The position numbers and the translations under genes were made by a program. A stretch of 64,000 bases of DNA from Longimicrobiales bacterium (GTDB lineage Bacteria > Gemmatimonadota > Gemmatimonadetes > Longimicrobiales > Gaopeijiaceae), in NCBI GenBank assembly GCA_965248195.1, contig CBDFIQ010000002.1:960001-1024000 (forward strand). The letters run 5' to 3'. Position 1 is the stretch's first letter; every line of letters starts with the position of its first letter. Under the pieces are notes generated by a model, which saw only the letters and a list, made by a program, of their open reading frames with translations, did not search any database and had not been told where the DNA came from. This document shows, piece after piece, positions 10,207 to 19,670 of the stretch.

Positions 10207-10539
10207 TCAGGAGAGGTCACTCCCGGTCGCCTCCTCCAGCCTCGACCAGACATATTCGATCAGCGTATTCACGTTACGAAATGGACTGTGATTCATGGAC
10301 ATGGCCCTCTCATCGGCGAGGATGAGCGCATAGTCGTGTTCTTCATGAAGACGTTGTTCCAGGTCAACGATGAGATTCACGAGACCCAGAGAATCGAGCA
10401 CCCCCCCGGACCCGATGAGCCCCGTCTGTTCCTCGATTCGGCCGTCAGACTCCAGACCGGACTCCTCCAGAAGGTCTTTCAAGGCCTCTTGGACCAGTTT
10501 CGCTACGTCCTTTCGTCTGAGCCCCTGCTTATCGCTCAT
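10207..10539 (-). CDS. Acyl carrier protein
   Basis: Acidic 110-aa protein with LDSLGLV phosphopantetheine site and SPFRNVNTLIEY. Confidence 0.85.
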   Translation of the reverse strand: MSDKQGLRRKDVAKLVQEALKDLLEESGLESDGRIEEQTGLIGSGGVLDSLGLVNLIVDLEQRLHEEHDYALILADERAMSMNHSPFRNVNTLIEYVWSRLEEATGSDLS

Positions 10540-10795
10540 GGATCCATTTCCTCTCTCGGCCTCGCGACCTGGCCGCAAAGAGCCCATGTTGGGAACACCT
10601 CGGCCGGAGATCGCACACTCCGCACGTTCTGAGTCCCTGGCAGTTAACAATTCGGTCCGCCGAACTCGAAAGCCCGATCATGGACCTGCCTCGAACGCAG
10701 GTTAATGGCTCGGCCCGGCCCTGGGCAATGGGTTGGCCCGGGCCAAGTCGCCCGCCGCGACTCCACGCATACGTCTAGTACTGCGACGTCCCGCG

Positions 10796-12151
10796 TCAGG
10801 CCCGGGCCGTCGACTTTCGTAGCTTCTTGAAGCGCTCGCTGTGCTGGACCGAGTCGTCCGCCCGCACCCTCATCGGAATCTTGTATGGCTGCAGGTGCTT
10901 CGCGCAGTGCTGCTTGACTTGACGGGTCAATTCCGCGGGATCCTGCGGTTCGCGAAGCAGCATGCGCACGCAGACGATCTGACCGATGATCAGGTTCTCC
11001 TCTCCGAACACGGTGACTTCCGCGACGTTGGGCATTCCCTGGATGACGCTCTCGACCTCAGCGGGGAACACCTTCTGACCACCGACGTTGATCACCTCCG
11101 ATTCTCGCCCTAGGAACCGTACGTACTCTCCGTCGACCTCTACGACGTCTCCCGTAACGAACCAACCGTCGTGAGTGAAGGGGCTCGGCGCGTTGAGATA
11201 GCCGAGCATTGCTGAATGGGCACGGATGTGGAGAATCCCCTCGACAACCCGGGTCTCGAAGCCCTCGCCGCCGACGCGAACCCAGAGTGAGTCGGATGAC
11301 TTGGACTTGGAGCGCAGGACACCGAGCTCCGACAGACCGTAGGTCTGCTCCAGTCGGACCTCCGGAAAAGCCGCGCGGCACCGCTTGAGCGTCGATTCCG
11401 GCATCGGCTCCGTGCCGTAGCTGATGATCTTCAGGGAGCCGAGGTTGTACCTCGTGTGGGCCTCACTGAGGAGGATGAGGTTGAGAAACGTTGGCGAGGT
11501 GGGCAGAAGTTGGACTCCGTGCTCTTCGACTGCAGCCAGCACCTGATCCGGGGTTCTCGCGTCGACCGCCACCAGACATCCACCGTTGGAGAGGGCATAG
11601 AGCATGGTGTTCACGCCCCCGAGGTGGTCGTAGAGGAGGAAGGGAATGATACGAAGCTGGTGGCGGCGCACCATGAACTTGTCCAGCAACGGCACAACAT
11701 CGTGGACCGCGGCCTTGGTCTTCCCGGTGGAGGCGGAGGAAAAGACGACGAGCCCGGGATGGCCACTGCTTCGAAGCTGTGAATAGAAGGCGTGATCTGC
11801 CGATCCGCCGAGGTTGTCGATCTGGACCTGATCGTCACCGCCGATTGAGCACGAGTATTCGACCTGGGCTACTTCGAGAAACTCGGACCTCTGCGCGTGC
11901 ACCGCTGCGCTCAGGGGCACCAGTATGCTCTGGTGTTCGACCAGCGCGAGGAAGAAAGCGACGGCGTTCGGCGAGTAGTCGGCCTCAATGGCAACGACGG
12001 CGCCAGAAGGAAGTGCGGCCTCATCCAGAGCGGCGCGCCAGGTGTCGATTCGTTCGATGAGCTCCAGGTACTTCGTCGTCCGGCCCCGCCAGACGATGAA
12101 GTCGTCGTCCTTGTGCTTCTCGAAGACGTCCAAGAGGAAGTCGAGGATCAC
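10796..12151 (-). CDS. AMP-dependent acyl-CoA/acyl-ACP ligase
   Basis: FSSASTGKTK, YGLSE, TGD, GGQKVFPAEVE, YKIP. Confidence 0.9.
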   Translation of the reverse strand: MILDFLLDVFEKHKDDDFIVWRGRTTKYLELIERIDTWRAALDEAALPSGAVVAIEADYSPNAVAFFLALVEHQSILVPLSAAVHAQRSEFLEVAQVEYSCSIGGDDQVQIDNLGGSADHAFYSQLRSSGHPGLVVFSSASTGKTKAAVHDVVPLLDKFMVRRHQLRIIPFLLYDHLGGVNTMLYALSNGGCLVAVDARTPDQVLAAVEEHGVQLLPTSPTFLNLILLSEAHTRYNLGSLKIISYGTEPMPESTLKRCRAAFPEVRLEQTYGLSELGVLRSKSKSSDSLWVRVGGEGFETRVVEGILHIRAHSAMLGYLNAPSPFTHDGWFVTGDVVEVDGEYVRFLGRESEVINVGGQKVFPAEVESVIQGMPNVAEVTVFGEENLIIGQIVCVRMLLREPQDPAELTRQVKQHCAKHLQPYKIPMRVRADDSVQHSERFKKLRKSTARA

Positions 12152-12861
12152 GAAACGCCGCCGAGATAGAGGACCTGTCCCGTCACGAAGTCGCTTTCCT
12201 CTCGAATGAAGAAGTCGACGACATTCGTCAGATCTCTGACTTCGTTGTATCTCGGAATCGCCTGGCGACCGATCAGCGCAGCCATCTTCTCCTCGGGAAC
12301 TCCCTTGATTAGGTCCGTCTTGAATGCACCCGGTCCCACCGCGTTCACCGTGATCCCGTAGGTTGCGAATTCTCTTGCAAGGATCTGCGTCAAGTTGACC
12401 ACCGCGGCTTTTGACGCAGCGTAGATGGCTTCACCCTCCAAGCGAAAGGGCACGGCAAATGAGGAGAAATTGAGGATTCGCCCGGAGCCCGTCCTCTGCA
12501 TCAACTTGGCCGCTTCCCGGCAGAAGAGGAAGACGCCGAGCACGTTGGTGTCGAGGATCTTGGAGATCATGGAGACGGGCGTCAGCAGTGCATGATTCAT
12601 CGAGGCGACACCTGCGTTGTTGAGCAGCACGTCCAGTCTCGAGTATTGCTTGCGAATCTGCACGAACAGTTGCTTGACGGCATCTTCGTCGGCGACGTCC
12701 AAGCAGAAGTGCGCGTAGTTCTCCGCCTCCCAATCGGCTGCCCGTCGACTGCAGCCGATGACCTGGTAGCCGGTCCTGGCGTAGTGCTCCGCCAGGTGCC
12801 TTCCGATCCCCTTCCGGCTGCCGGTGATGAGCATGACCGGTTTGCTGCTCTGCAAGCTCAA
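12148..12861 (-). CDS. SDR oxidoreductase (FabG-like)
   Basis: TGSRKGIG, NNAG, YAASK, VTGQ. Confidence 0.9.
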   Translation of the reverse strand: MSLQSSKPVMLITGSRKGIGRHLAEHYARTGYQVIGCSRRAADWEAENYAHFCLDVADEDAVKQLFVQIRKQYSRLDVLLNNAGVASMNHALLTPVSMISKILDTNVLGVFLFCREAAKLMQRTGSGRILNFSSFAVPFRLEGEAIYAASKAAVVNLTQILAREFATYGITVNAVGPGAFKTDLIKGVPEEKMAALIGRQAIPRYNEVRDLTNVVDFFIREESDFVTGQVLYLGGVS

Positions 12862-12927
12862 CCTCCCCGTCGCATCAGTAACAAGGGTTCAAAATAGATG
12901 GCTCACCGGGAGGTCCTTCAACCTTCT

Positions 12928-13017
12928 CCGAAGTAGTGAGAATAGCCAAGGCAAACACCCCGTCACGGCTTGGGATAAGGTGACGGGCAGAAACAAGTCG
13001 GTCAACCTGAGGTCTCA
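12928..13017 (-). promoter_or_regulatory. ~90-bp repeated promoter/leader element, copy A
   Basis: Matches 16454-16543 and 17692-17780; TTGACC-N17-CACCTT on the minus strand, upstream of the SDR operon. Confidence 0.65.
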
Positions 13018-13132
13018 GCCGCCGCGCGAAGTCTTTAATCGGGATGGTCCTAAAGGATCATCGCACCTATACTGAGGCCCGTAATTAAAGAGCGGTAGAG
13101 GCATGGGTGGTCCGCGGGGCGATGGAGGCCGC

Positions 13133-14188
13133 ATGATCCAGTCTGTGGGGAGCGTGTTCGGCGCCGCGGAGTACGTCCTGCTGGGATGCGCGTTCCTGGT
13201 CTCATTGCTGGGAACCAAGCTCGTGTACCGCTACGCGCTTCGCAGGGGGATCCTCGATGTTCCCAACGAGCGGAGCCTGCACGAGTCTCCTCTGCCCAGC
13301 GGCGGGGGAATGCCGCTGGCGCTGGTTTGGGGGGGGACTCTGGTCTGGCTCGCTGCCACCGCCGAGCTTGCCCCCACGGAAGTGCTCGCTTTGGCCGCGG
13401 CACTTCCCATCGCGTTGATGGGGTGGGTGGATGACCGTCGTAACCTGTCCCGGGCCTTTAGGTTTGGCACCCAGATCGTGTGTGCGACGTGGGCGGTCGT
13501 TTGGCTGCGTGGCATGCCAGACGTCCAGCTTGGAGCGAGTTCCCTGAACCTGGGAATCCTCGGCGGCGTCCTTTCGGTTGTCTTCCTCGTTTGGGTGACC
13601 AATCTCTACAACTTCATGGACGGCTCCGACGGCTTCGCCGGTACCCAGGGTGCGTTAGGCGGTGCCTTCGCGGCGGTCATTCTCTTCCTGAACGGGCTTG
13701 GCGGCCTCGGTCTCGCCGCGGCGGCGCTGTCCCTGGGCACCCTGGCTTTCCTGCGGTGGAACTGGCCGCCGGCGCAAATCTTCCTCGGAGATGTCGGCAG
13801 CAACCTCCTCGGATTCGCTTTCGGAGCCCTCGTACTGGCCGGTGAGCGGCGAGCGGGACTGGGTCTCCTACTGGTAATGCCGTTTCTCGTGTTTGGCGTG
13901 GATGCCAGTGTGACCCTTCTTCGTCGAGTGATGCAGGGCGAGAGGATCGTGGATGCCCACCGCACCCATGCCTACCAGCGGCTGATCGAGCGTGGGTGGT
14001 CGCACCGCACAGTTGCGATGGCTCTCGCGAGCATGGTCGCTGGGCTCGGTGCTCTCGCTGTATGGGCATCCCTCGATCGGGAGCGGATCCTCATCGCGTT
14101 CTCGGTGGCGACGTCCATTCTCGTGGTGGTAACCGTCTTGGTCCCTCACAAACCGGGACAGGGGGTGGGGGAGATCGTTCGAGAGTAG
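13133..14188 (+). CDS. Polyprenyl-phosphate sugar-1-phosphate transferase (MraY/WecA/WbpL family)
   Basis: DVPNERSLH, DD motif, NLYNFMDGSDG, FLGDVGS, AHRTHAYQ; GGAGG before ATG 13133. Confidence 0.92.
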   Translation: MIQSVGSVFGAAEYVLLGCAFLVSLLGTKLVYRYALRRGILDVPNERSLHESPLPSGGGMPLALVWGGTLVWLAATAELAPTEVLALAAALPIALMGWVDDRRNLSRAFRFGTQIVCATWAVVWLRGMPDVQLGASSLNLGILGGVLSVVFLVWVTNLYNFMDGSDGFAGTQGALGGAFAAVILFLNGLGGLGLAAAALSLGTLAFLRWNWPPAQIFLGDVGSNLLGFAFGALVLAGERRAGLGLLLVMPFLVFGVDASVTLLRRVMQGERIVDAHRTHAYQRLIERGWSHRTVAMALASMVAGLGALAVWASLDRERILIAFSVATSILVVVTVLVPHKPGQGVGEIVRE

Positions 14189-14195
14189 GGCGGAC

Positions 14196-16442
14196 TCAGC
14201 GTGTCAGAATCACAAGCACCACCGTCGTGACCGATGTCAGGATCCCGACCAGATCCGTGATCAGCCCCACCGTGCCGAGTCCGGCCAACGGGTCCTTGAC
14301 CGGTACGATCACCACGCTTCCCGGTCCAGGCTCCGGATAACTCGACCAGAACAGAAACTTGGACCGAGTCCGCGCCAGGCCGTTCGCGTACCGGACCGAC
14401 ACCCTGCCCTTGTCCGCGTCCCTTCGGTATCCGCCTGCGCCGGCCAGGTAGTAGTCGAAGCCTTCTCCCTCACGGTAGAGCACGGTCACGGGTGAGTTCA
14501 CAGCGCCCGTGACCACCACGGTGGGGGAGTATTCGGGGATGTGCAGGGAATCCCCTGGCTGTAAGAGTATGTTGGCTTGGTCTGAAGGGTTTGCCAGAGC
14601 GGTGGGAAGATCAAGGTTGATGCGACCGAGAAGATCCTGTTGCCGAAAGAACCGTGCGCCTTCTGGGTACCCTGTGTCCAGCAAGCCGCTCGCCCGGCCT
14701 ATGAGGTCGATTACGCGATCGCTCTTGGTCAGGAGGGTGTACTCGCCGGGAACCGACACCTCACCCGTGATCGTGACCGACTGAGGCATCTCGAATTCGG
14801 GCTGCCTCAGAATCAGAACCTGGTCGAACGGCTGAAGTATGAACTCGGGGCTGGACCCGGCTGGGGGGAAGGTCACTCCTGGAGGGCCCACGTACTGTCC
14901 GTCGGGTGCTCGCTGGCTCAGATAGCTGGAGTCCAACGGGACCAGCAACGCGTCGGAAAGCTCACCGAGCCCGCGCTGGTCGGGGAGGCGCGATACCTCC
15001 GCCTTGCGCAAGTCGGCCCCGACGGTGGGTCCCCGAGCCAGGAGCAACAGGTCGCGGATCGTCATGCCTTTTCGCCACGGGAGCGTATCGGGAGCAGCGA
15101 CCATGCCGGTGATCGACACGTAATAGCTGTCTCGGAGCTCCAACACGGCATCGACGACGATGGAATCGCCGTCCTGCAATCCGATCGGGGGGACGATGAC
15201 ACCGCCAAGGTGCCCCCACTCGCTCGGATCCCTAGACGGGGTCAAGCCTATGTCGATGGCGGTGCGATCGTTCGATCCCGGTCCCCGGTCACTCGGGCGC
15301 ACCACCCGATGGATCGTCACGCGCTGGCGGTTCGCCTCGGGCGCAAAGCCCCCGGATGCGTCAAGGACATCGATCAGATCGTCATCGAGGTCCAGCTCGT
15401 AATTGGCCGGTCGGACCACGGACCCGTACAACTTTACCTGTCGCCCTTTCAGCGGGACGAAGACCACGTCCCCCTGCCTCAGGATGACGTCTCCCGAAAC
15501 GTCACCGTCGAGCAGATACGGGTAGAGGTCGAGGGAGACTTCGTCCCCGCTGCGCCTCTGGACCTTGATCCCGCGCAGGCTACCCAACTCCGTGGGACCG
15601 CCCGCGGCGTAGAGCGCGTTCGTCACCGTAGCCACAGATGCCAGTTGATACGCGCCGGCCTGGGCTATCTCACCCGTGACGTAGATCTGAATCGTGCGAA
15701 GTTGGGTGATCGATACGTCGACAGACGTCGTGCCGCGGGGGATCCCCGAATACGAGTCGGCTAGCCGGTTGGAAAGCAGAAGCCTGAGGCCCGCCATCGT
15801 AAGATTCGCCACGGAGATCCGGCCGACGTTGGGTACGACCACGAACCCCTCTCGCGTCACAACCAACTCGTGAGCCAGCTCGACCTCACCCGTGAGGATC
15901 AGGACGAGTTCGTCCCCAGGTCCGATCATGTAGTCGTCAGGCGCTGGGCCGGAGAGAAGGGGTTGGAACTGGGTACTCGTCCGGGTGAAGACGTCGAGGC
16001 CGAAGGTGGGGAGGCCGTTGACCAGAGTCTGCTGCCGATCCGTGCCCGATTCCATGCCGTCGCTGACTGGCACGCGCTCCAGTCCGTCTGCGTCCGCAAC
16101 TGCGATTCCCACCGCTTCCAGAGCTCTCAGGGCGTCGTTGTCGTACGCGGGGGGCGCGGTGGTCGGCTCGCCAGAGAGAAACTGGTCCAGCGCGTCGGCG
16201 GGTAGGCCGGCCGCAGTGAGTCGGGCCCGGATCTCGGAGTCGCTGAGACCGGACTGGAGAAGGCGCTGGCGGACCTGATCCTCATTCTCTGGGTTCAGGA
16301 TCTGAGCCGAAGCGCATAGTGCGGAAGCCAGTCCCACCGCAACGCACAGCACTGCCGCCCTGACGGACCGCCGCCCCACCCGGAGGAGGGGGCGAAAGCT
16401 GGGGCGAGTTGATTCTTTGAGGATGTTCCGAAGGAATCGCAC
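14196..16442 (-). CDS. Polysaccharide export protein with SLBB repeats (Wza/KpsD-like)
   Basis: Signal peptide, DYMIGPGDEL Poly_export motif, repeated SLBB units, C-terminal PGSVVIVP plus hydrophobic tail. Confidence 0.9.
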   Translation of the reverse strand: MRFLRNILKESTRPSFRPLLRVGRRSVRAAVLCVAVGLASALCASAQILNPENEDQVRQRLLQSGLSDSEIRARLTAAGLPADALDQFLSGEPTTAPPAYDNDALRALEAVGIAVADADGLERVPVSDGMESGTDRQQTLVNGLPTFGLDVFTRTSTQFQPLLSGPAPDDYMIGPGDELVLILTGEVELAHELVVTREGFVVVPNVGRISVANLTMAGLRLLLSNRLADSYSGIPRGTTSVDVSITQLRTIQIYVTGEIAQAGAYQLASVATVTNALYAAGGPTELGSLRGIKVQRRSGDEVSLDLYPYLLDGDVSGDVILRQGDVVFVPLKGRQVKLYGSVVRPANYELDLDDDLIDVLDASGGFAPEANRQRVTIHRVVRPSDRGPGSNDRTAIDIGLTPSRDPSEWGHLGGVIVPPIGLQDGDSIVVDAVLELRDSYYVSITGMVAAPDTLPWRKGMTIRDLLLLARGPTVGADLRKAEVSRLPDQRGLGELSDALLVPLDSSYLSQRAPDGQYVGPPGVTFPPAGSSPEFILQPFDQVLILRQPEFEMPQSVTITGEVSVPGEYTLLTKSDRVIDLIGRASGLLDTGYPEGARFFRQQDLLGRINLDLPTALANPSDQANILLQPGDSLHIPEYSPTVVVTGAVNSPVTVLYREGEGFDYYLAGAGGYRRDADKGRVSVRYANGLARTRSKFLFWSSYPEPGPGSVVIVPVKDPLAGLGTVGLITDLVGILTSVTTVVLVILTR

Positions 16443-16683
16443 GCGGTATTACTCCAAAGTAGTAAGTATAGCCAAGGCAAACACGCTTTCATGGCTTGGG
16501 ATAAGGTGACGGGCAGAAACAAGCCGGTCAACAGCAGGGCTCACGCTGGTGACGCGACTCCGGGGTCGTCGATCTCATCCGGAGCTGATGGTCCTGGGCG
16601 TTGACCGAGGTCGTCAAGCTCGGGCGAACCAGATCGACTGTGAAGCGCCAGTCGCTCGAGAGGCCGAAATCGTAGTGCTCTGC
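16431..16683. repeat. ~250-bp direct repeat, copy 1 (leader element B plus wzi-like fragment)
   Basis: Aligns by eye to 17669-17921 with scattered mismatches. Confidence 0.9.
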
Positions 16684-16806
16684 TTTCCGTCACCAAGTTC
16701 GGCCGGGGCCGGCGGGCATGCCCAATGACTGCTCTCGCTGCGACGTCAAACGGAGCGCGGGCTGTATCGGCAGACCTGCCCTACTCGAGAATACCTGTGG
16801 ATGACT

Positions 16807-17499
16807 CTACACTTCCGAGCGGTAGGCTTCCTCGTACCCATAGCGGATGATCCCCGCGTACTCGAGTCGGAGCATCCTCTCCTTCAGCTCAGGGTCCCAC
16901 GCGATGGGCTCAGAGGGCGCTGCGCTTACACCGACGCTGCGGTAGTTTCGAACGAAGTCCTCGTCGAAATCGAGCTCCATCGTCTTCAGAGCCTGGATCA
17001 GGTCCTCCGCTAGGCTCTCCTGGCGACCCACGAAGTCCATCTGGGGGCGGGTGTACCAGCCGTACATCTCGGTGACGAACCCTGGCCGCACGGCCGCGAC
17101 GTTTCGGACGAATCCGGTAAACGTCTCGCTTCCGAGGCCGTTGAGCATGGCGTTCGGGTGCCAATGGTATAGACTCTCCGCGTCCCCAAAACGCCTCCAT
17201 CGCCTACTGGGTTGCGACATGTACTTGAACCACGACTCGTACCAGGAGAGGGGATCTCGGACGAAGCAGAACATGAACGGCTTCGTCCGACCCAGAGAGA
17301 GGAGGTCCGGATCAAGGATCCACCTCAGTAGCTCACGCCTGGATCGCACCGGCCGGTAGAACAGGTGGTCGACGTCCGCGTGCTTCGGCGGCCGTCGCCG
17401 TTGGACGAGTCCCAACTCGTTCAACACGGTTGTGACCCAGTTGCCCCCGGTCTTGGGGACATGGAGGAAGACCGCATCGTTCCTAAGGACCAGCGCCAT
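16807..17499 (-). CDS. Sulfotransferase family protein (Sulfotransfer_2-like)
   Basis: FLHVPKTGG 5'-PSB, FCFVRDPLSW 3'-PB, DFVGRQESL.EDL; likely start ATG 17499. Confidence 0.8.
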   Translation of the reverse strand: MALVLRNDAVFLHVPKTGGNWVTTVLNELGLVQRRRPPKHADVDHLFYRPVRSRRELLRWILDPDLLSLGRTKPFMFCFVRDPLSWYESWFKYMSQPSRRWRRFGDAESLYHWHPNAMLNGLGSETFTGFVRNVAAVRPGFVTEMYGWYTRPQMDFVGRQESLAEDLIQALKTMELDFDEDFVRNYRSVGVSAAPSEPIAWDPELKERMLRLEYAGIIRYGYEEAYRSEV

Positions 17500-17519
17500 G
17501 CAAGCAACCCCTTTCCACG

Positions 17520-17570
17520 AAACCGCACGAAGAGATACCCAGGAAACAAGGGAAAGGCAACCGTCTTCTT
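17520..17570 (-). pseudogene. Relic of a NusG-paralog (UpxY/RfaH/LoaP-type) antiterminator
   Basis: 17 codons read KKTVAFPLFPGYLFVRF, the NGN-domain signature; the rest of the gene is absent. Confidence 0.6.
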
Positions 17571-17668
17571 CGAAGCCCCCCCATCGGCCTGATCTCGGAA
17601 GCGGAGCCCACTCGCTGGTGAGCCACGACCGAAATCGAGCGATCGTACCGCCATCGCATCCAACCGAG

Positions 17669-17921
17669 AAGGAATCGCACGTGGTATTACCCCAAAGTAG
17701 TAAGGTTAGCCACGGCAAACACCCTTTCATGGCTTGGATAAGGTGACGGGTAGAAACAAGCCGATCAACAGGAGGGCTCACGCCGGTGACGCGACTCCGG
17801 GGTCGTCTATCTTCATCCGGAGCTGATGGTCCTGGGCGTTGACCGAAGTCGTCAAGCTCGGGTGAACCAGATCGAACGTGAAGCGCACGCCGCTCGAGAG
17901 GCCGAGGTCGTAGTGCTCTGC
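17669..17921. repeat. ~250-bp direct repeat, copy 2 (leader element C plus wzi-like fragment)
   Basis: Aligns to 16431-16683. Confidence 0.9.
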
Positions 17922-18185
17922 CCAGGGGTGATCCGTGGGTTGTGCCAAGAGCCGGTCGATTTCTTTCGGTGAAAAACTTCGGATGGACCAAGGATAAAAC
18001 GCTGCCTTGCCGTCGATTTGAAGCAGCCGGATGTAAGTCTCCAAGTCGCTTCCGCGAAGATCTCGCTGCGGCCGATCGTCTGGGCGTGCGACTGGCTGGC
18101 AGCCGCCATACTCACGCCGAGCAAGCTCAGAATCAGACGCGAGGGCGCCGAAGGGTTCACGAAGTGGCCTCGGTGCAAGTATCAT
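17778..18185 (-). pseudogene. Truncated, frameshifted outer-membrane/capsule assembly (Wzi-like) gene
   Basis: Signal-peptide frame (...AAASQSHAQTIGRSEIFA) continues in another frame (SDLETYIRLLQ...YPWSIRSFSP...DHPWA) after a shift near 18053, then ends. The Wzi call rests on recalled similarity. Confidence 0.5.
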
Positions 18186-18442
18186 GGAGAATCGAATCGT
18201 AACAATCTAGGACTTCCTTCGTTGATTTGGCGAAGCATATGGTCGAGCTGGTGCACTATCACTACACTGTCGGCGGTGATGAACTCTGCTTTTGGCTTGG
18301 CTCCGGCGCCCGAATCGAAAAATTCGAGGTTCACGTCTAACTTCATTAATTCGCGAAGTGGGGTAGGATCAAAGGGTGTGTAAAGAGCGAGGCGACGTAC
18401 CCTACCTCATCGCGGTCGGTCGGATCGGGGGGGCATTAACAC

Positions 18443-18846
18443 GTGGATTCGGAAGTGACTCAGGTGTATGCGGATCGGGTGCCGTACGATGACGGGATTT
18501 CGCTTCTGGAGGTCGCGAGTTTCGTTCTTCGCCGACGGCGCCTGATACTCGTCTCGACGTTTGCGGGTGCGCTGCTTGCACTCGTGGTTACGCTCATGTG
18601 GCCGCTGAAGTACACGGCAACCGCTTCCTTTCTACCCCACGGAGGAGACCAAGAGGGACTCTCCGGAGTGTCTGGCTTGGCCCAACAGTTCGGATTTTCG
18701 ATTCCTAGGTTGGGCAATGCTGAGCGATCCCCGGAGTTCTATCAGGACCTTCTTCAGTCGAGGGAGATCCTGGCTGGCCTGGTCAGGCTGGGTGTGGAGG
18801 TGGTCACGGCCACCGGTGTGACTAACGTGGATCTTGCCGAGCACTT
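18443..18846 (+). pseudogene. N-terminal fragment of a Wzz/chain-length determinant
   Basis: DGISLLEV..LRRRRLI, TM helix, YTATASFLP, GLAQQFG, FYQDLLQSREIL; truncated. Confidence 0.75.
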
Positions 18847-19106
18847 GCGAGCTCTTCCTGAGGAATACGTCGGGATTCCGCAAGCTCGCGCTCGATGAGC
18901 TGCCCAAGCGTTTTCGGCGACAGTTGGCCCGCAAGGCGGCACATCTTGCGGAGGGCATCACCGCGGAGCACTTCCGGGTCATGGACTTCTATTTCGAGGG
19001 GGACGACCGCTCCTTCCACGTGCTCAGCGCGGTGTCTCCGGGCTTCACATGTACATTCGCCTTCAGTTCGTTTCTGATCGATGAGATTCAGCAGCGGGCT
19101 GCGTAG
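18847..19106 (+). pseudogene. C-terminal fragment of an L-2-hydroxyglutarate oxidase-like FAD oxidoreductase
   Basis: MDFYFEGDDRSFHVLSAVSPGFTC resembles the LhgO-family C-terminus; abuts the wzz fragment. Confidence 0.55.
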
Positions 19107-19109
19107 CCA

Positions 19110-19670
19110 ATGCCGATTTCAGCCTCGTGACCGGCGGCGCCAGCTTCATCGGCTCGCACATCGTCGAGCGGCTCCAAGGTAACGCCAAGACAGTGCTTAT
19201 TGTGGACGATCTTTCCACGGCCTGATAGGACAACCTCGGCGCCCTGCGGGATCACGCCAACTTACACCTCTTCGTCGATTCGAGCCTGAGCTGGCCGATG
19301 ATGAACGACGCGGTGGAGCAGGTCGATCAGGTCATCCATCTGACGGCGGCGGTAGGCGTGAAGAGGATCATCGACGAGCCCGCTGAGGACACGACGAACG
19401 TTGCGGGGCGCGGAAATTATCCTCGACTGCTGCCACCAGCACGCGAGGCCGCTCCAGACGGCGTCCAAGTCCGAGAGATCTACGGCAAAGCCGGCGTGGC
19501 GCTTCACAAAGAGCACGACCGCATCATGGAAGGCAGCACGCACCGTGGTTGGGCCTCTGCTTGCGGGAAGGCCCTTGACGAGTTCCTGGTGCAGGCGTAT
19601 CACGGAGGCAAAGGGCTTCCTGTGGTGATCGGGCGCCTCCTCAACACGGTTGGGCGCCGCCAAAGTTGCG
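19110..19670 (+). pseudogene. Decayed NAD-dependent nucleotide-sugar epimerase
   Basis: LVTGGASFIGSHIVE...VDDLST then stops; downstream HLTAAVGV, EIYGK, RLLNTVGRRQ pieces in different frames. Confidence 0.75.

Noticed and set aside
12945..12995. Plus-strand GGCAAAC...GACG resembling a c-di-GMP-I riboswitch
   Set aside because: No GNRA-capped P2 or GCAAAG/P3, and copies B and C point away from their genes in this orientation.
16807..17991. 394-aa ORF as a single long protein
   Set aside because: Only the part from ATG 17499 looks like a sulfotransferase; the extension crosses the leader element and the wzi relic.
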